This document shows, piece by piece, positions 41,139 to 50,813 of a stretch of DNA of 64,000 nt (position 1 is its first letter; every line of letters begins with the position of its first letter). This DNA is from an uncultured Gemmatimonadales bacterium (GTDB lineage: Bacteria > Gemmatimonadota > Gemmatimonadetes > Gemmatimonadales > Gemmatimonadaceae). Under the pieces are notes generated by a model. It searched no databases, was not told the DNA's origin, and saw nothing but the letters and a program-made list of their open reading frames with translations. The stretch lies in assembly GCA_963701965.1 (NCBI GenBank), contig OY969695.1, positions 2,080,001 to 2,144,000 of the forward strand, read 5' to 3'. The position numbers were made by a program, and so were the translations under genes.

Positions 41139-42137
41139 TTAGCCAGGCGGCACCGGAAGCCGGCGGAGGAGCAGAAGGCTCACGCTCAGCAGCAGCGCGA
41201 GGCTGCCGCAGGCCGCCAGAATCACCGGGCCGCCGACGCGCCGCAGAATACGCACATCGACGCCGAGCCCCAGCGCGGCCATGGAGACGATCGTCAGTGT
41301 CAGCGAGATGGTCCGGGCTGCCTCGATGGCGGGAGCGGGGATGACGCCGCCGGCGCGCAGCGCCGCGAGCGCCAGAAACCCGATGATGAACCACGGCACG
41401 AGCCGCGTGACGGGGATGCGCCGTGGCGCGGAGCGCCCGGCACCGAGCGACAACACGAACACCACGGGCCCGAGCATGAGGACGCGCACCAGTTTGACCA
41501 GAGCGCCCACTTGGCCGCTCATGGCGCTGACGGGCAACGTGGCCGCGAGCACCTGCGGCACGGAGTAGACGGTGAGTCCCGCCAGCACGCCATACTGGTA
41601 CATCGAGAGCCCAAACGGGACGATCAAGAGGGGCAGGGCCAACACGACGCCGATGCCCAGCACGGCCGTATAGGCGATCGAGGATCCGATGTCGGCCGGC
41701 TCGGCGCCGATCACCGGTGCGATCGCGGCGATGGCCGAGTTGCCGCAGATCGCGTTGCCGCAGGCGACGAGGAGGGCCAGGCGGCGATGCAAGCCGAGCG
41801 CGCGGCCCACGCCGTAGCCACCGGCCAGGGCGACGCCCACGGCGACGACGACACCGGCGAGCAGCAGCGGGCCGGCCCGGAGCAACACCGGGACATCGAG
41901 CGTGAGGCCGAGCAGGACGACCGCGATCTCCAGAATCTGCTTGGCGCTCAGGTCGATGCCGGCGCGCCAACGCTCCCCCGGCGTCCATATCGCGCGTACC
42001 GCCGTTCCCACGAGAATGGCCAGGACCAGGGTCTCGATCCACGCGTGGCCGGTGAGTGCGCGCTCCGCGCGCTCACCGAGCCACGCGAGGCCCGAGATCG
42101 CGACGCATAGGAGAACACCGGGCACATAGCGCGACAT
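41139..42137 (-). CDS. yeiH: YeiH family (putative sulfate exporter) membrane protein
   Basis: GNAICGNSAIAA, TVYSVPQV, VKLVRV, PWFIIGF. Confidence 0.88.
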   Translation of the reverse strand: MSRYVPGVLLCVAISGLAWLGERAERALTGHAWIETLVLAILVGTAVRAIWTPGERWRAGIDLSAKQILEIAVVLLGLTLDVPVLLRAGPLLLAGVVVAVGVALAGGYGVGRALGLHRRLALLVACGNAICGNSAIAAIAPVIGAEPADIGSSIAYTAVLGIGVVLALPLLIVPFGLSMYQYGVLAGLTVYSVPQVLAATLPVSAMSGQVGALVKLVRVLMLGPVVFVLSLGAGRSAPRRIPVTRLVPWFIIGFLALAALRAGGVIPAPAIEAARTISLTLTIVSMAALGLGVDVRILRRVGGPVILAACGSLALLLSVSLLLLRRLPVPPG

Positions 42138-42208
42138 GCGCTATACAATGGGGCGCTGGTGCCCCGTGTCCTATGGATAGGACGGGATCGCTCCCATAGA
42201 TTTTCTCT

Positions 42209-43105
42209 ATGGCTCAGGACGCGGATCTGGACGCGCTGCTGGTGTTCGCCGTCGTCGCCCGCGAGGGGTCGTTCACGCGGGCGGCCGAAATCCTCGGTCT
42301 CACCCAGCCCTCGATCTCCGATCGCATGCGTCGCCTGGAGGCGCGCTTGCCGTCGCCGGCGTTCGAGCGCCTTGGTCGCGGCGTCCGGTTGACGCCCACC
42401 GGGGAGGCATTGCGACCGGTCGCGGAGCGGGCGCTCAATGTCGCACGCGAGTCCGGCGAGATATTGGAGGGGCTGTCCGGCTTCACCTATGGACGGATCA
42501 CGACAGCGGCCAGTACGACCATCGCGGCGCACGTGCTGCCTGACGCGCTCGCGCGCTTCGCGCGCGCGCGTCCCAAGGTCGAAGTCGAAATCCGGGTGGC
42601 GAATACGGCCGACGTCGCCAATGCGGTGGAGCGGGGGGACGTATCCTGGGGGTTGGTCGAGGGACCGGTCGAAGAAGCAAGATTGGTGGCGCGCCCCTTC
42701 CGCGACAATGCGCTCATTCTGATCGTCCCCGCCGCGCACCGCTGGGCGCGCCGGCGCCGGCCGGTGGCCCCGGCCGACCTCGCGCGCGAGGCGTTCGTGG
42801 CCCGCGAGATCGGCTCGGGTACGGGCGCCGTCGTCGAGCGGGCCCTGGCCAAGGCCGGTGTGCGTCTCAGGCCGGGCCTTCGGCTCGGCGACTCGCGCGG
42901 CATCGTGGAGGCGATCGCGGCCGGTGCCGGCGTGGGCATCGTGTCGCAGCTGGTGGCGGCGTCGCTGCTCGAGGCGGGCCGGGTAGTGCGGGTGCCGCTG
43001 GCGGGCGTGTCGCTCTACCGCGCGCTCTCGCTCATTCAGCTGCCGGGGCGGAGCGTCGGCCGCCTCGACGCCGAGCTCCTCCGGCTGGTCGGCGCATTAT
43101 ATTGA
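42209..43105 (+). CDS. LysR family regulator (YeiE/CysL-like), divergent from yeiH
   Basis: GSFTRAAEILGLTQPSIS, ASTTIA, LVEGP, REIGSGT. Confidence 0.93.
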   Translation: MAQDADLDALLVFAVVAREGSFTRAAEILGLTQPSISDRMRRLEARLPSPAFERLGRGVRLTPTGEALRPVAERALNVARESGEILEGLSGFTYGRITTAASTTIAAHVLPDALARFARARPKVEVEIRVANTADVANAVERGDVSWGLVEGPVEEARLVARPFRDNALILIVPAAHRWARRRRPVAPADLAREAFVAREIGSGTGAVVERALAKAGVRLRPGLRLGDSRGIVEAIAAGAGVGIVSQLVAASLLEAGRVVRVPLAGVSLYRALSLIQLPGRSVGRLDAELLRLVGALY

Positions 43106-43129
43106 CGCCAATCGGTCCTGGGAGACGTC

Positions 43130-43459
43130 GTGGTCGAGCAGCTGGTCATGCGCGTGTACGTGTGGGAGGGGGACAAGTTCGAGAGCGCGCCGCTCTATCA
43201 GGCGGTGGCCGAGATGCTGCGCCGGCACGGGGTGGCCGGCGCCACGGTCATCCGCGGCCTGATCGGGTTCGGCCCGCGCGCGGCCCACGTCCCCGCCGGC
43301 GCGGGATACCTCCTCGGCCACGTGCCCGTCGTCATCGAGTGCGTCGATGACGAAACGCGCATCCGCGGCCTGGTGCCGGAACTGCGACGCATGCTCGTGG
43401 GCGGCCTGATTACCCTGGAGCGAGTCGAAATGATCGTGCCCGGCCCCGCGAGCGCCTAA
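43130..43459 (+). CDS. DUF190 (PII-like) protein
   Basis: EGDK...PLY, AGATVIRGLIGFG, PVVIECVD, GLITLE. Confidence 0.85.
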   Translation: MVEQLVMRVYVWEGDKFESAPLYQAVAEMLRRHGVAGATVIRGLIGFGPRAAHVPAGAGYLLGHVPVVIECVDDETRIRGLVPELRRMLVGGLITLERVEMIVPGPASA

Positions 43460-43556
43460 TGCACGGCCGCGAACGCTTTATCGCAGCGGGCGCCCAGAGG
43501 TCCCGCGCGTCTGCCTGGTGTCTGTCGAACACCTCAGGACCATCACGGGTACTGGA

Positions 43557-46038
43557 GTGTCTCTCCTGCTGACCGGAGCCCACGCCGTGCGCCTCGTGCT
43601 TCGTGATCTCGTCCGCCGCCCGCTGTTCGCAGCCACCGTCATTGTGACCCTCGCGCTGGGGATTGGCGCGACGACAGCCGCGTTCGCGCTCATCGACGCG
43701 GTCTTTTTGACCCGCCTGCCGATCGCCGACCAAGACCGCGTCGTCGGGATGTGGGCGACCAATCCGACGTACGGCGCCCTCGACCAATGGCCCGTGCCGT
43801 GGGGCACGCACACGCGACTCGTGGAACGCCACCGGGCGTTCTCCGCCGTCGCGGCCTATCGAGCGGGTGAACCCTACGGATTCGCGGCGCGGGCCGGCGA
43901 TCGCACGGTGCATGTCGCGGTGACGGCCGTGACCGGCAACTTCTTTGAGACGCTGGGCGTCCGTGCGCAGCTCGGGCGGCTGATCCGCCCCGACGATGAT
44001 CAGCTCGGCGGACCGGCCATCGTGGTATTGAGCGATCACGTCTGGCGGAGCGACTTTGGCGCCGACCCGGCGGTCCTCGGCAAGACGCTCTTCTTCGCCG
44101 GCGGATGGCATCGGGTCATCGGTGTCGCGCCCGCCGAGTTCTCGTATCCCGTCGGCACGACGGTGTGGACGGGGGCCACGCGCGAGATCCAGCGCATGTT
44201 CGCCGGCGGCACGCCGGATAGTGTTGGTTTTCTGCTGGTCGGTCGCATGGTACCGGGCGTGACGGCACGCCAGGCCCGAGAGGAGCTGGAGGCGGTCCTC
44301 CGCACCTATCCACCGGCGAACGCGTTGTATCCGAGGGGAGGGGAGTCCATCTACGCCATGCCGACGACGGGTGTGGCCGAGCCGTATGCCGATATCGTTC
44401 TCGGCCACGACCTGCGACCGGGCGTCATCGTCCTGTTCTGCGCCGTTGCGCTGGTATTGCTCATCGCCTGCACGAATGTCGCGAGCCTCCTCATCGCCCG
44501 TGGTCTCACGCGCCAGACCGAGTTGGCCGTGCGCTCGGCGCTCGGCGCCAGCCGGACGCGCATCGCGGGCCAGCTGCTGATGGAAGCGGTCGTACTCGGC
44601 ATCGCCGGCGGCCTCCTCAGCATCGCGCTCGCTACCGCGTTCGTTCACGTCGCTGTCGCGCTGGCCCCGGCCGATCTCCCCGTCATCCGCACGGCGCACA
44701 TTGACGTCCGCGTGCTGCTCTTCGCCATCGCGATCACAGGGGCCTCCGTGCTGGCCTTCGGCCTCGCCCCGGCATTGCAGGGCGCGCGACACGACACCAG
44801 CGACGCGCTACGCGCCGGCAGCCGGAGCGTCACGCGCGGCCCAATCGCCAAGCTGGCGCGCCACGCCCTGGTGGCGGCGCAGTTGGCGTTGGGGCTCGTC
44901 ATCCTCTCCGGCGCCGGGCTCCTGGGACGCACGCTCGTCCATCTCCAGCGTATCGATCTCGGATTCGATCCGAAGCACATCCTGTTCTTTCACATCGACC
45001 TGCTCATCCCGTCGCAAGCCATCCCCGTTGAGGCGGTCCTGCAGCGATGGAATGCCGCCCGCGATCGCATCGCCGGCCGCCTGCCGGCATCCGGGATCCT
45101 CGGTCTCACGACGACCGTGGCGCCGCCGTTGGATGGCCATCTGGAGACCGTACCGATCAGCGTCGACGACCAACCGGCATCGCGCAACAGTCCCGAAGCC
45201 CACGGGGAGCTGGCGTTCGACGACTACTTCAAGGTCATGCGCATTCCCCTGATCAGCGGGCGCGCGTTTACCCATGCCGATGACAGCGGCGCCGTCCCCG
45301 TGGCGATCGTCAACGAGTCATTCGCGCGCCGGATGTGGCCCGGACAGGACGCCATCGGCCACCGGGTGCACTGGGCCGGCGACCTCCCAAAGGACCGCAC
45401 GTACATCGTGATCGGCGTGTCCAAGGACACGCGCTATCAGGAGTTGGCGGCGCTACCACAGCCCACGGTGTTCTTCAACCCGCGCCAGAATGGGCGATCA
45501 AGATTCCTGGTATGCCGTACGCACCACGGGCGATCCGGCCCGCGCGGTTGCCCCGTTGGAGCGACTCATCGAAGCCGCCGATCCCGACATGGGGATCGCG
45601 CGCTTCGCGAGCGGCCAAGCGCTCCTCGATGCCCGCCTGGCCCGCCCGCGCGCTTTGGCGACGCTGCTGGCGGCCCTCTCCCTGGCCGCACTGCTCCTGG
45701 CCGCGATTGGCCTCTTCGGCGTGCTCTCGGCCTATCTCCGGGAACGCCGGCGGGAGATCGCCATCCGCTCCGCGCTGGGCGCGACGCCCGCCCAACTCCG
45801 GTCCCTGGTGCTGACGCAAACGCTCGCCGTTGGCGTCGCGGGGCTCGTCGCCGGCGCTCCGTTGGCGCTCGCCGGGGCCCACCTGTTGCACCTGAGCGTC
45901 CGCGACGTCGTCCCGGTCGATGGGTTCACCCTCGGGGCCGTCGGGGCGGTCCTTCTCGCCGTTGTCGCGGCCGCCGCCTACGCGCCTGTGGCCCGCGCGG
46001 CGCGGGTCGATCCCCGGACGGCACTCGCTGCCGACTAG
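43557..46038 (+). CDS. ADOP-type ABC permease; +1 frameshift at ~45489; start may be 43518
   Basis: LALGIGA, LLIACTNVA; the C-terminal FtsX half (MGDQDSWY...REIAIRSALGA...PVARAARVDP) is in the shifted frame. Confidence 0.85.
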
Positions 46039-46075
46039 CCGGCCGCCGCGCCTGAACCTTGCAGTAGACCACGGT

Positions 46076-47686
46076 ATGATGGATCGCGAAGAGATACCGA
46101 CAGGGCCCCTGACTGCCGGTACGCACGACACGAGCGACATCTATCGCCTGCTCGTCGATCGGGTATTGGACTACGCGATCTTCGTGCTGGACCCCCGGGG
46201 CTACATCCAGAGCTGGAACGGCGGGGCCCAGCGTCTCAAGGGTTACCGGGCCGACGAGATCATCGGACGGCACTTCTCGATTTTCTACCCGGAAGTCGAC
46301 CTCGACGCAGGGAAGCCGGAATACGAGCTCGAAGTCGCGGCGGCAACGGGGCGATACGAGGATTTGGGGTGGCGCGTCCGCAAGGACGGGTCCTACTTCT
46401 GGGCGAACGTGCTCATCACGGCCTTGCGGGACGAGGACGGGGTGCTGGTGGGATTTGCGAAGATCACCCGCGATCTCACCGAGCGGCGGTTGACCGAGGA
46501 AGCCCTGCGGGAGAGCGAGACGAAGTTCCGGCTCCTCGTCGAGAGCGTGAAGGATCACGCCATCTTCATGCTCGACCCCACCGGGCACATCACGACGTGG
46601 AACGAAGGCGCCCGTCGCATCACCGGTTATACCGCCGCGGAAGCTACGGGCCAGCACTTCTCGATCTCTTACCCCACGGAGGACGTGGCCGACGGGAAGC
46701 CCGCGCGGCACCTGGCTGTCGCCCTGCGCGAGGGGGAGTTCGAGGAGGAAGGCTGGCGCGTCCGGAAAAATGGCGCGCGCTTCTGGGCCAGTGTCGTCCT
46801 CACGCCTGTCTACAACGCGGACGGCACGCTGGCCGGATTCGCCAAAGTCACCCGCGAGCTGACCGAGCGCCGCGCCTCACAGGAGCGCGCGCTGGAGGAC
46901 GCCAGTCGTCTGTCGGAGCTCAAGGCCCTGGCCGACCAGCTGCGGGCCCAAGCCGTCGAACTGGAGCGGAGGAGCGCGGAAGCCGAGACCGCGAACCGCG
47001 TCAAAGGCGAGTTTCTGGCGGCGATGTCGCACGAGCTCCGGACGCCGCTCAACGCCATCGGCGGCTACGCCCAACTAATGCAGCTCGGCGTCAGCGGGCC
47101 CGTGACCGATGAGCAGCGCGCGCATCTGGAGCGCATCGAACACAGCCAGCAGCACCTGCTGAGCATCATCAACGACATCCTGAATTTCACGCGCATCGAA
47201 GCCGGATACGTCGACTTCCTCATCGGCCCCGTCCGCATCTCGGAAGTCATCGAGGGCGTCGTCGCCATGATCGCGCCCCAAGCCCGGGCCCAACGCATCC
47301 ATTTGCACGCGGGCCCTTGTCCCGCCCTCATCGCCACGGCGGACCGGGCCAAGGTCGAGCAGATCATGCTCAATCTCCTGTCCAACGCCGTCAAGTTCAC
47401 ACTCGAGGGAGGCGAGATCGAGCTGACCTGCGCCACACGCGACGCCCAGATCGCGCTCAGCGTACGCGACACGGGCATCGGGATCCCGGCGGTGGTCCTC
47501 GACACGATCTTCGCGCCGTTCGTGCAAGTGGGACGGACGCTGAGCAGCCCAAAGGAAGGCGCGGGCCTGGGGCTCTCCATCAGCCGCGAGCTGGCCCGTG
47601 CGATGCACGGCGATCTCACCGTGCGGAGCCTGGAAGGCGTGGGCTCCTGTTTCACCCTGACGCTTCCCGCCTTCTCCGCCTCTTGA
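46076..47686 (+). CDS. Cytoplasmic PAS-PAS histidine kinase
   Basis: Two PAS repeats (YAIFVLDP..SWN.GA, GWRVRKDG), SHELRTPL, NAVKFT, GAGLGL. Confidence 0.95.
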   Translation: MMDREEIPTGPLTAGTHDTSDIYRLLVDRVLDYAIFVLDPRGYIQSWNGGAQRLKGYRADEIIGRHFSIFYPEVDLDAGKPEYELEVAAATGRYEDLGWRVRKDGSYFWANVLITALRDEDGVLVGFAKITRDLTERRLTEEALRESETKFRLLVESVKDHAIFMLDPTGHITTWNEGARRITGYTAAEATGQHFSISYPTEDVADGKPARHLAVALREGEFEEEGWRVRKNGARFWASVVLTPVYNADGTLAGFAKVTRELTERRASQERALEDASRLSELKALADQLRAQAVELERRSAEAETANRVKGEFLAAMSHELRTPLNAIGGYAQLMQLGVSGPVTDEQRAHLERIEHSQQHLLSIINDILNFTRIEAGYVDFLIGPVRISEVIEGVVAMIAPQARAQRIHLHAGPCPALIATADRAKVEQIMLNLLSNAVKFTLEGGEIELTCATRDAQIALSVRDTGIGIPAVVLDTIFAPFVQVGRTLSSPKEGAGLGLSISRELARAMHGDLTVRSLEGVGSCFTLTLPAFSAS

Positions 47687-47701
47687 CTGTCGCGGCGGTC
47701 T

Positions 47702-47720
47702 CCACTAACTCAGTTAGTGG
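47702..47720. promoter_or_regulatory. Perfect palindrome CCACTAACT-C-AGTTAGTGG, probable PadR operator
   Basis: 9-bp inverted repeat 5 nt before the padR ATG; TTGACT at 47683-47688. Confidence 0.7.
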
Positions 47721-47725
47721 GAAAT

Positions 47726-48058
47726 ATGCCTCCGACCGCGAACGACCTGCTCCACGGGACCCTCGACGTGCTCGTGCTCAAGGCCCTGTCCTGGGAGCCG
47801 ATGCACGGTTACGCCATCGTGCGGTGGATCGAAGAGCGCACCGGGGGCGAGCTGGAGATCGTCGATGCCGCCCTCTATAAATCGCTGCACCGCCTGGAGA
47901 GCGCCGGCGCCATCGCCGCCGACTGGGGTCTCTCCGAGAACAACCGGCGTGCCAAGTACTACTCCCTGGCCGGGCGCGGCCGGGAGATGCTGAGAGCCAA
48001 AGTCGCGACCTGGCACCGCTACGCCGCGGCCGTCGCCAATGTGCTCGGGCCAGCCTGA
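47726..48058 (+). CDS. PadR family regulator (acidobacterial type)
   Basis: LLHGTLDVLVLKAL, MHGYAI, WGLSENNRRAKYY. Confidence 0.93.
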   Translation: MPPTANDLLHGTLDVLVLKALSWEPMHGYAIVRWIEERTGGELEIVDAALYKSLHRLESAGAIAADWGLSENNRRAKYYSLAGRGREMLRAKVATWHRYAAAVANVLGPA

Positions 48059-48063
48059 CTCCC

Positions 48064-50752
48064 GTGGTGTTTCGCGCGTTTCGCCTGCCGTGGAGCCGAC
48101 GGCGCGGGGCGCGCGCGCTCGACGCCGAGATCCAATTTCATCTGGAGATGCGCACGGCGGAGTTGGTGCGCCGGGGCCTGCCGCCGGATGACGCCGAGAG
48201 CGAAGCGCTGCGCCGTTTCGGCGATCGCGACGGTCTGCGGGATTACTGCCAAACCCTCGAGGTAGCGCACATGCGTCGCATCAACGTCCGGGAGTGGCTG
48301 GCGTCCGTGGGACAGGACGCGCGCTTCGCCTCTCGCCAGTTCCGCCGCTCGCCCGGATTCGTCGCCACCACGGTCGTGACCTTGACGCTGGGCATCGGGG
48401 CCACGACCGCGATCTTCAGCGTCGTGAACGGCGTCCTCCTCCGGCCGCTTCCCTATCCGGCAGCCGACCGGATCGTGCAGGTCTGGCAACTGGACCACGC
48501 GCACAACCGCATGCAGTTCTCGGATCCGAACTTCGACGACGTGCGCGCCGGCACGCAGAGTTTTTCGGGGTTGGCCGAGCTGACGGATGGTGGGCCGGTG
48601 TCGGTGTCCGGGGACGTCGCGCCGGCCCGCGGCTCGATGGCCCTCGTCTCGCACGACTTCTTCGACGTCCTCGGCGTGACGCCTGCGTTCGGCCGCACTT
48701 TGGCACCCGATGAAGAGCGCGTCGGGGGTGCGCCGGCCGCGGTCGTGAGCTGGGGCTTTTCTCAGCGTGTATTCGCCGGCAGCACGGACGTGCTCGGGAA
48801 GCGACTGACGGTCGGCGACCGGACGTACACCATCGTGGGCGTCATGCGGCCCACGCTCGATTTCCCTGCTGGCACCGACATTCTGGATCTCGCGGGAACT
48901 GTTTGGGCGCCTGCCGAGCCGCACCGGGCACAACTGGGAAGTCGTCGGGCGCCTGAGCCCGAACGTGACGCTCAATGCCGCCCGACGCGATGCGACCGCG
49001 CTGGCGCATGCGCTGGCGGCGCGCTACGGAACCCAGACCATGATGGCCGACGCCGAGCTCGTGCCGCTCCGCGAGCAGCTCGTCGGCTCCACGCGCCCGA
49101 CGCTCCTGACCCTCCTTGCCGCGTCGGTCGTCCTCTTGCTCATCGCGTGCGCGAATGTCGCGAACCTGCTCGTGGCCCGCCTCACGAGTCGGCGCGGCGA
49201 GCTCGCGGTACGCTTGGCGCTCGGAGCCGCGCGCTCGCGCCTCGTGCAACAGTGCCTCGTCGAGTCGGCTGCGCTCGCGTTGGCCGGTGGCGCCCTCGGC
49301 GTGCTGCTCGCCGGCGCCGGCACCAAAGCGTTGTTGGCCCTGGATCCGGGCCGCCTGCCGCGCGCCGGCGCCGTGCACCTCGATGCCGGGGTGCTGCTCT
49401 TCGCGCTCGGACTCTCGCTGGCGACGGCGGTCGGCCTGGCCCTGGTATCGGCGTGGCGCGCGACAAGAGGTGACCTGCGCGAGTCGCTCTCGGCGTCGGA
49501 CCGCACCATGTCGGGCGCCGCGTCCTCGACGCGCACGCGGCGCACGCTGGTGATTGCGCAAGTCGCCATGACCCTCGTGCTGCTCATCGCGGCGGGCCTG
49601 CTCGGTAGGAGCTTTGCGCGGCTCATGGCGGTCGATCCGGGCTTTCGCACCGCGAAGAACGTCGTGCTCGATCTGTCGATCGAGGCGAACGACTCTGTCG
49701 CCATCCAGCTGCGGGCCGCGTTCTATCACGAGTTACTGGCGCGGCTCCACGGCATCCCGGGTGTGACTACGGTCGGCGCGATCAACGTGATCCCGCTCGA
49801 CCCCTTCGGCGCATCCAGTGGCACATTTCTCGAGTTGTCGGGACCGGACGAGCGCATCACGTTCGAAAACATGGAGCGCCTCTTCCAGGACCACAGCCGG
49901 ACGGGCAACGCGGAGTTCCGCATCGCTAGCGAGGGGTATTTCTCGGCGATGCACATCCCGTTGCTCGACGGTCGCACGTTCGACGCGCGCGATGTGCCCG
50001 ACTCCCCCCACTCCGCCGTGGTCAGTGTCTCCTTGGCCCATGCCAAATGGCCCGGCCAGAGTCCAATCGGGAAATGGATCGAGTTCGGCAACATGGACGG
50101 CGACCTCCGGCCCTTCATGATCGTCGGAGTCGTCGGCGACGTCCGCGAGCGGGGATTGAACGCGCCGCCCAGACCAATGTTCTACGCCGACTACTATCAG
50201 CGCCCGGTCTCGACGACGCGCATGAACGTGGTGCTGACGGGCCCCGCGGACCCCGCCGCCATCGCGTCCAGCGCCCGCGCGATCGTGCGCGCGCTGCATC
50301 CGGATGTGCCGCCGCGCTTTCGTACGGTGGAGTCGATCGTGGCCGAATCGGTGGCCGGACCCCGGTTCGTCCTCTTGCTGGTCGGCGTGTTCGGCGGCGG
50401 CGCCCTCCTCCTCGCCGGCCTCGGCGTCTACAGCGTGATCTCGTACGTCGTGGCCCAGCGCGCCCGCGAACTCTCCATCCGCGTCGCGCTCGGGGCGGCG
50501 GCGCCCGACATCGTGCGTCTGGTCCTGCGACAGGGGCTGAGCCTGGCCCTGGCCGGTATCGCCGTCGGCGCGGTCGCGGCCCTGTTCGCGACCCGTCTCC
50601 TGGCCGGGCTCCTCTACGGCATCAGCGTCCGGGACCCGGTGGCGTTTGGCGGGGTGGTCCTCGTCGTCGCCGCCGTGGCCCTCGCCGCGTGCTGGGTGCC
50701 GGCGCGCCGCGCGGCGCGCCTCGAGGCCATGGCGATCCTCCGCGGGGGCTAG
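48064..50752 (+). CDS. ADOP-type ABC permease with N-terminal prefix domain; +1 frameshift at ~48881
   Basis: DAEIQFHLEM...ALRRFG prefix; removing one T from GACATTCTGG restores D-I-W and joins ORFs 48064 and 48965. Confidence 0.88.
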
Positions 50753-50813
50753 CGAAACTCCCGACCCGGATTCCCCGTTACTTTCGGGGTCGACCAACGG
50801 GAGCGAAGGCCCA

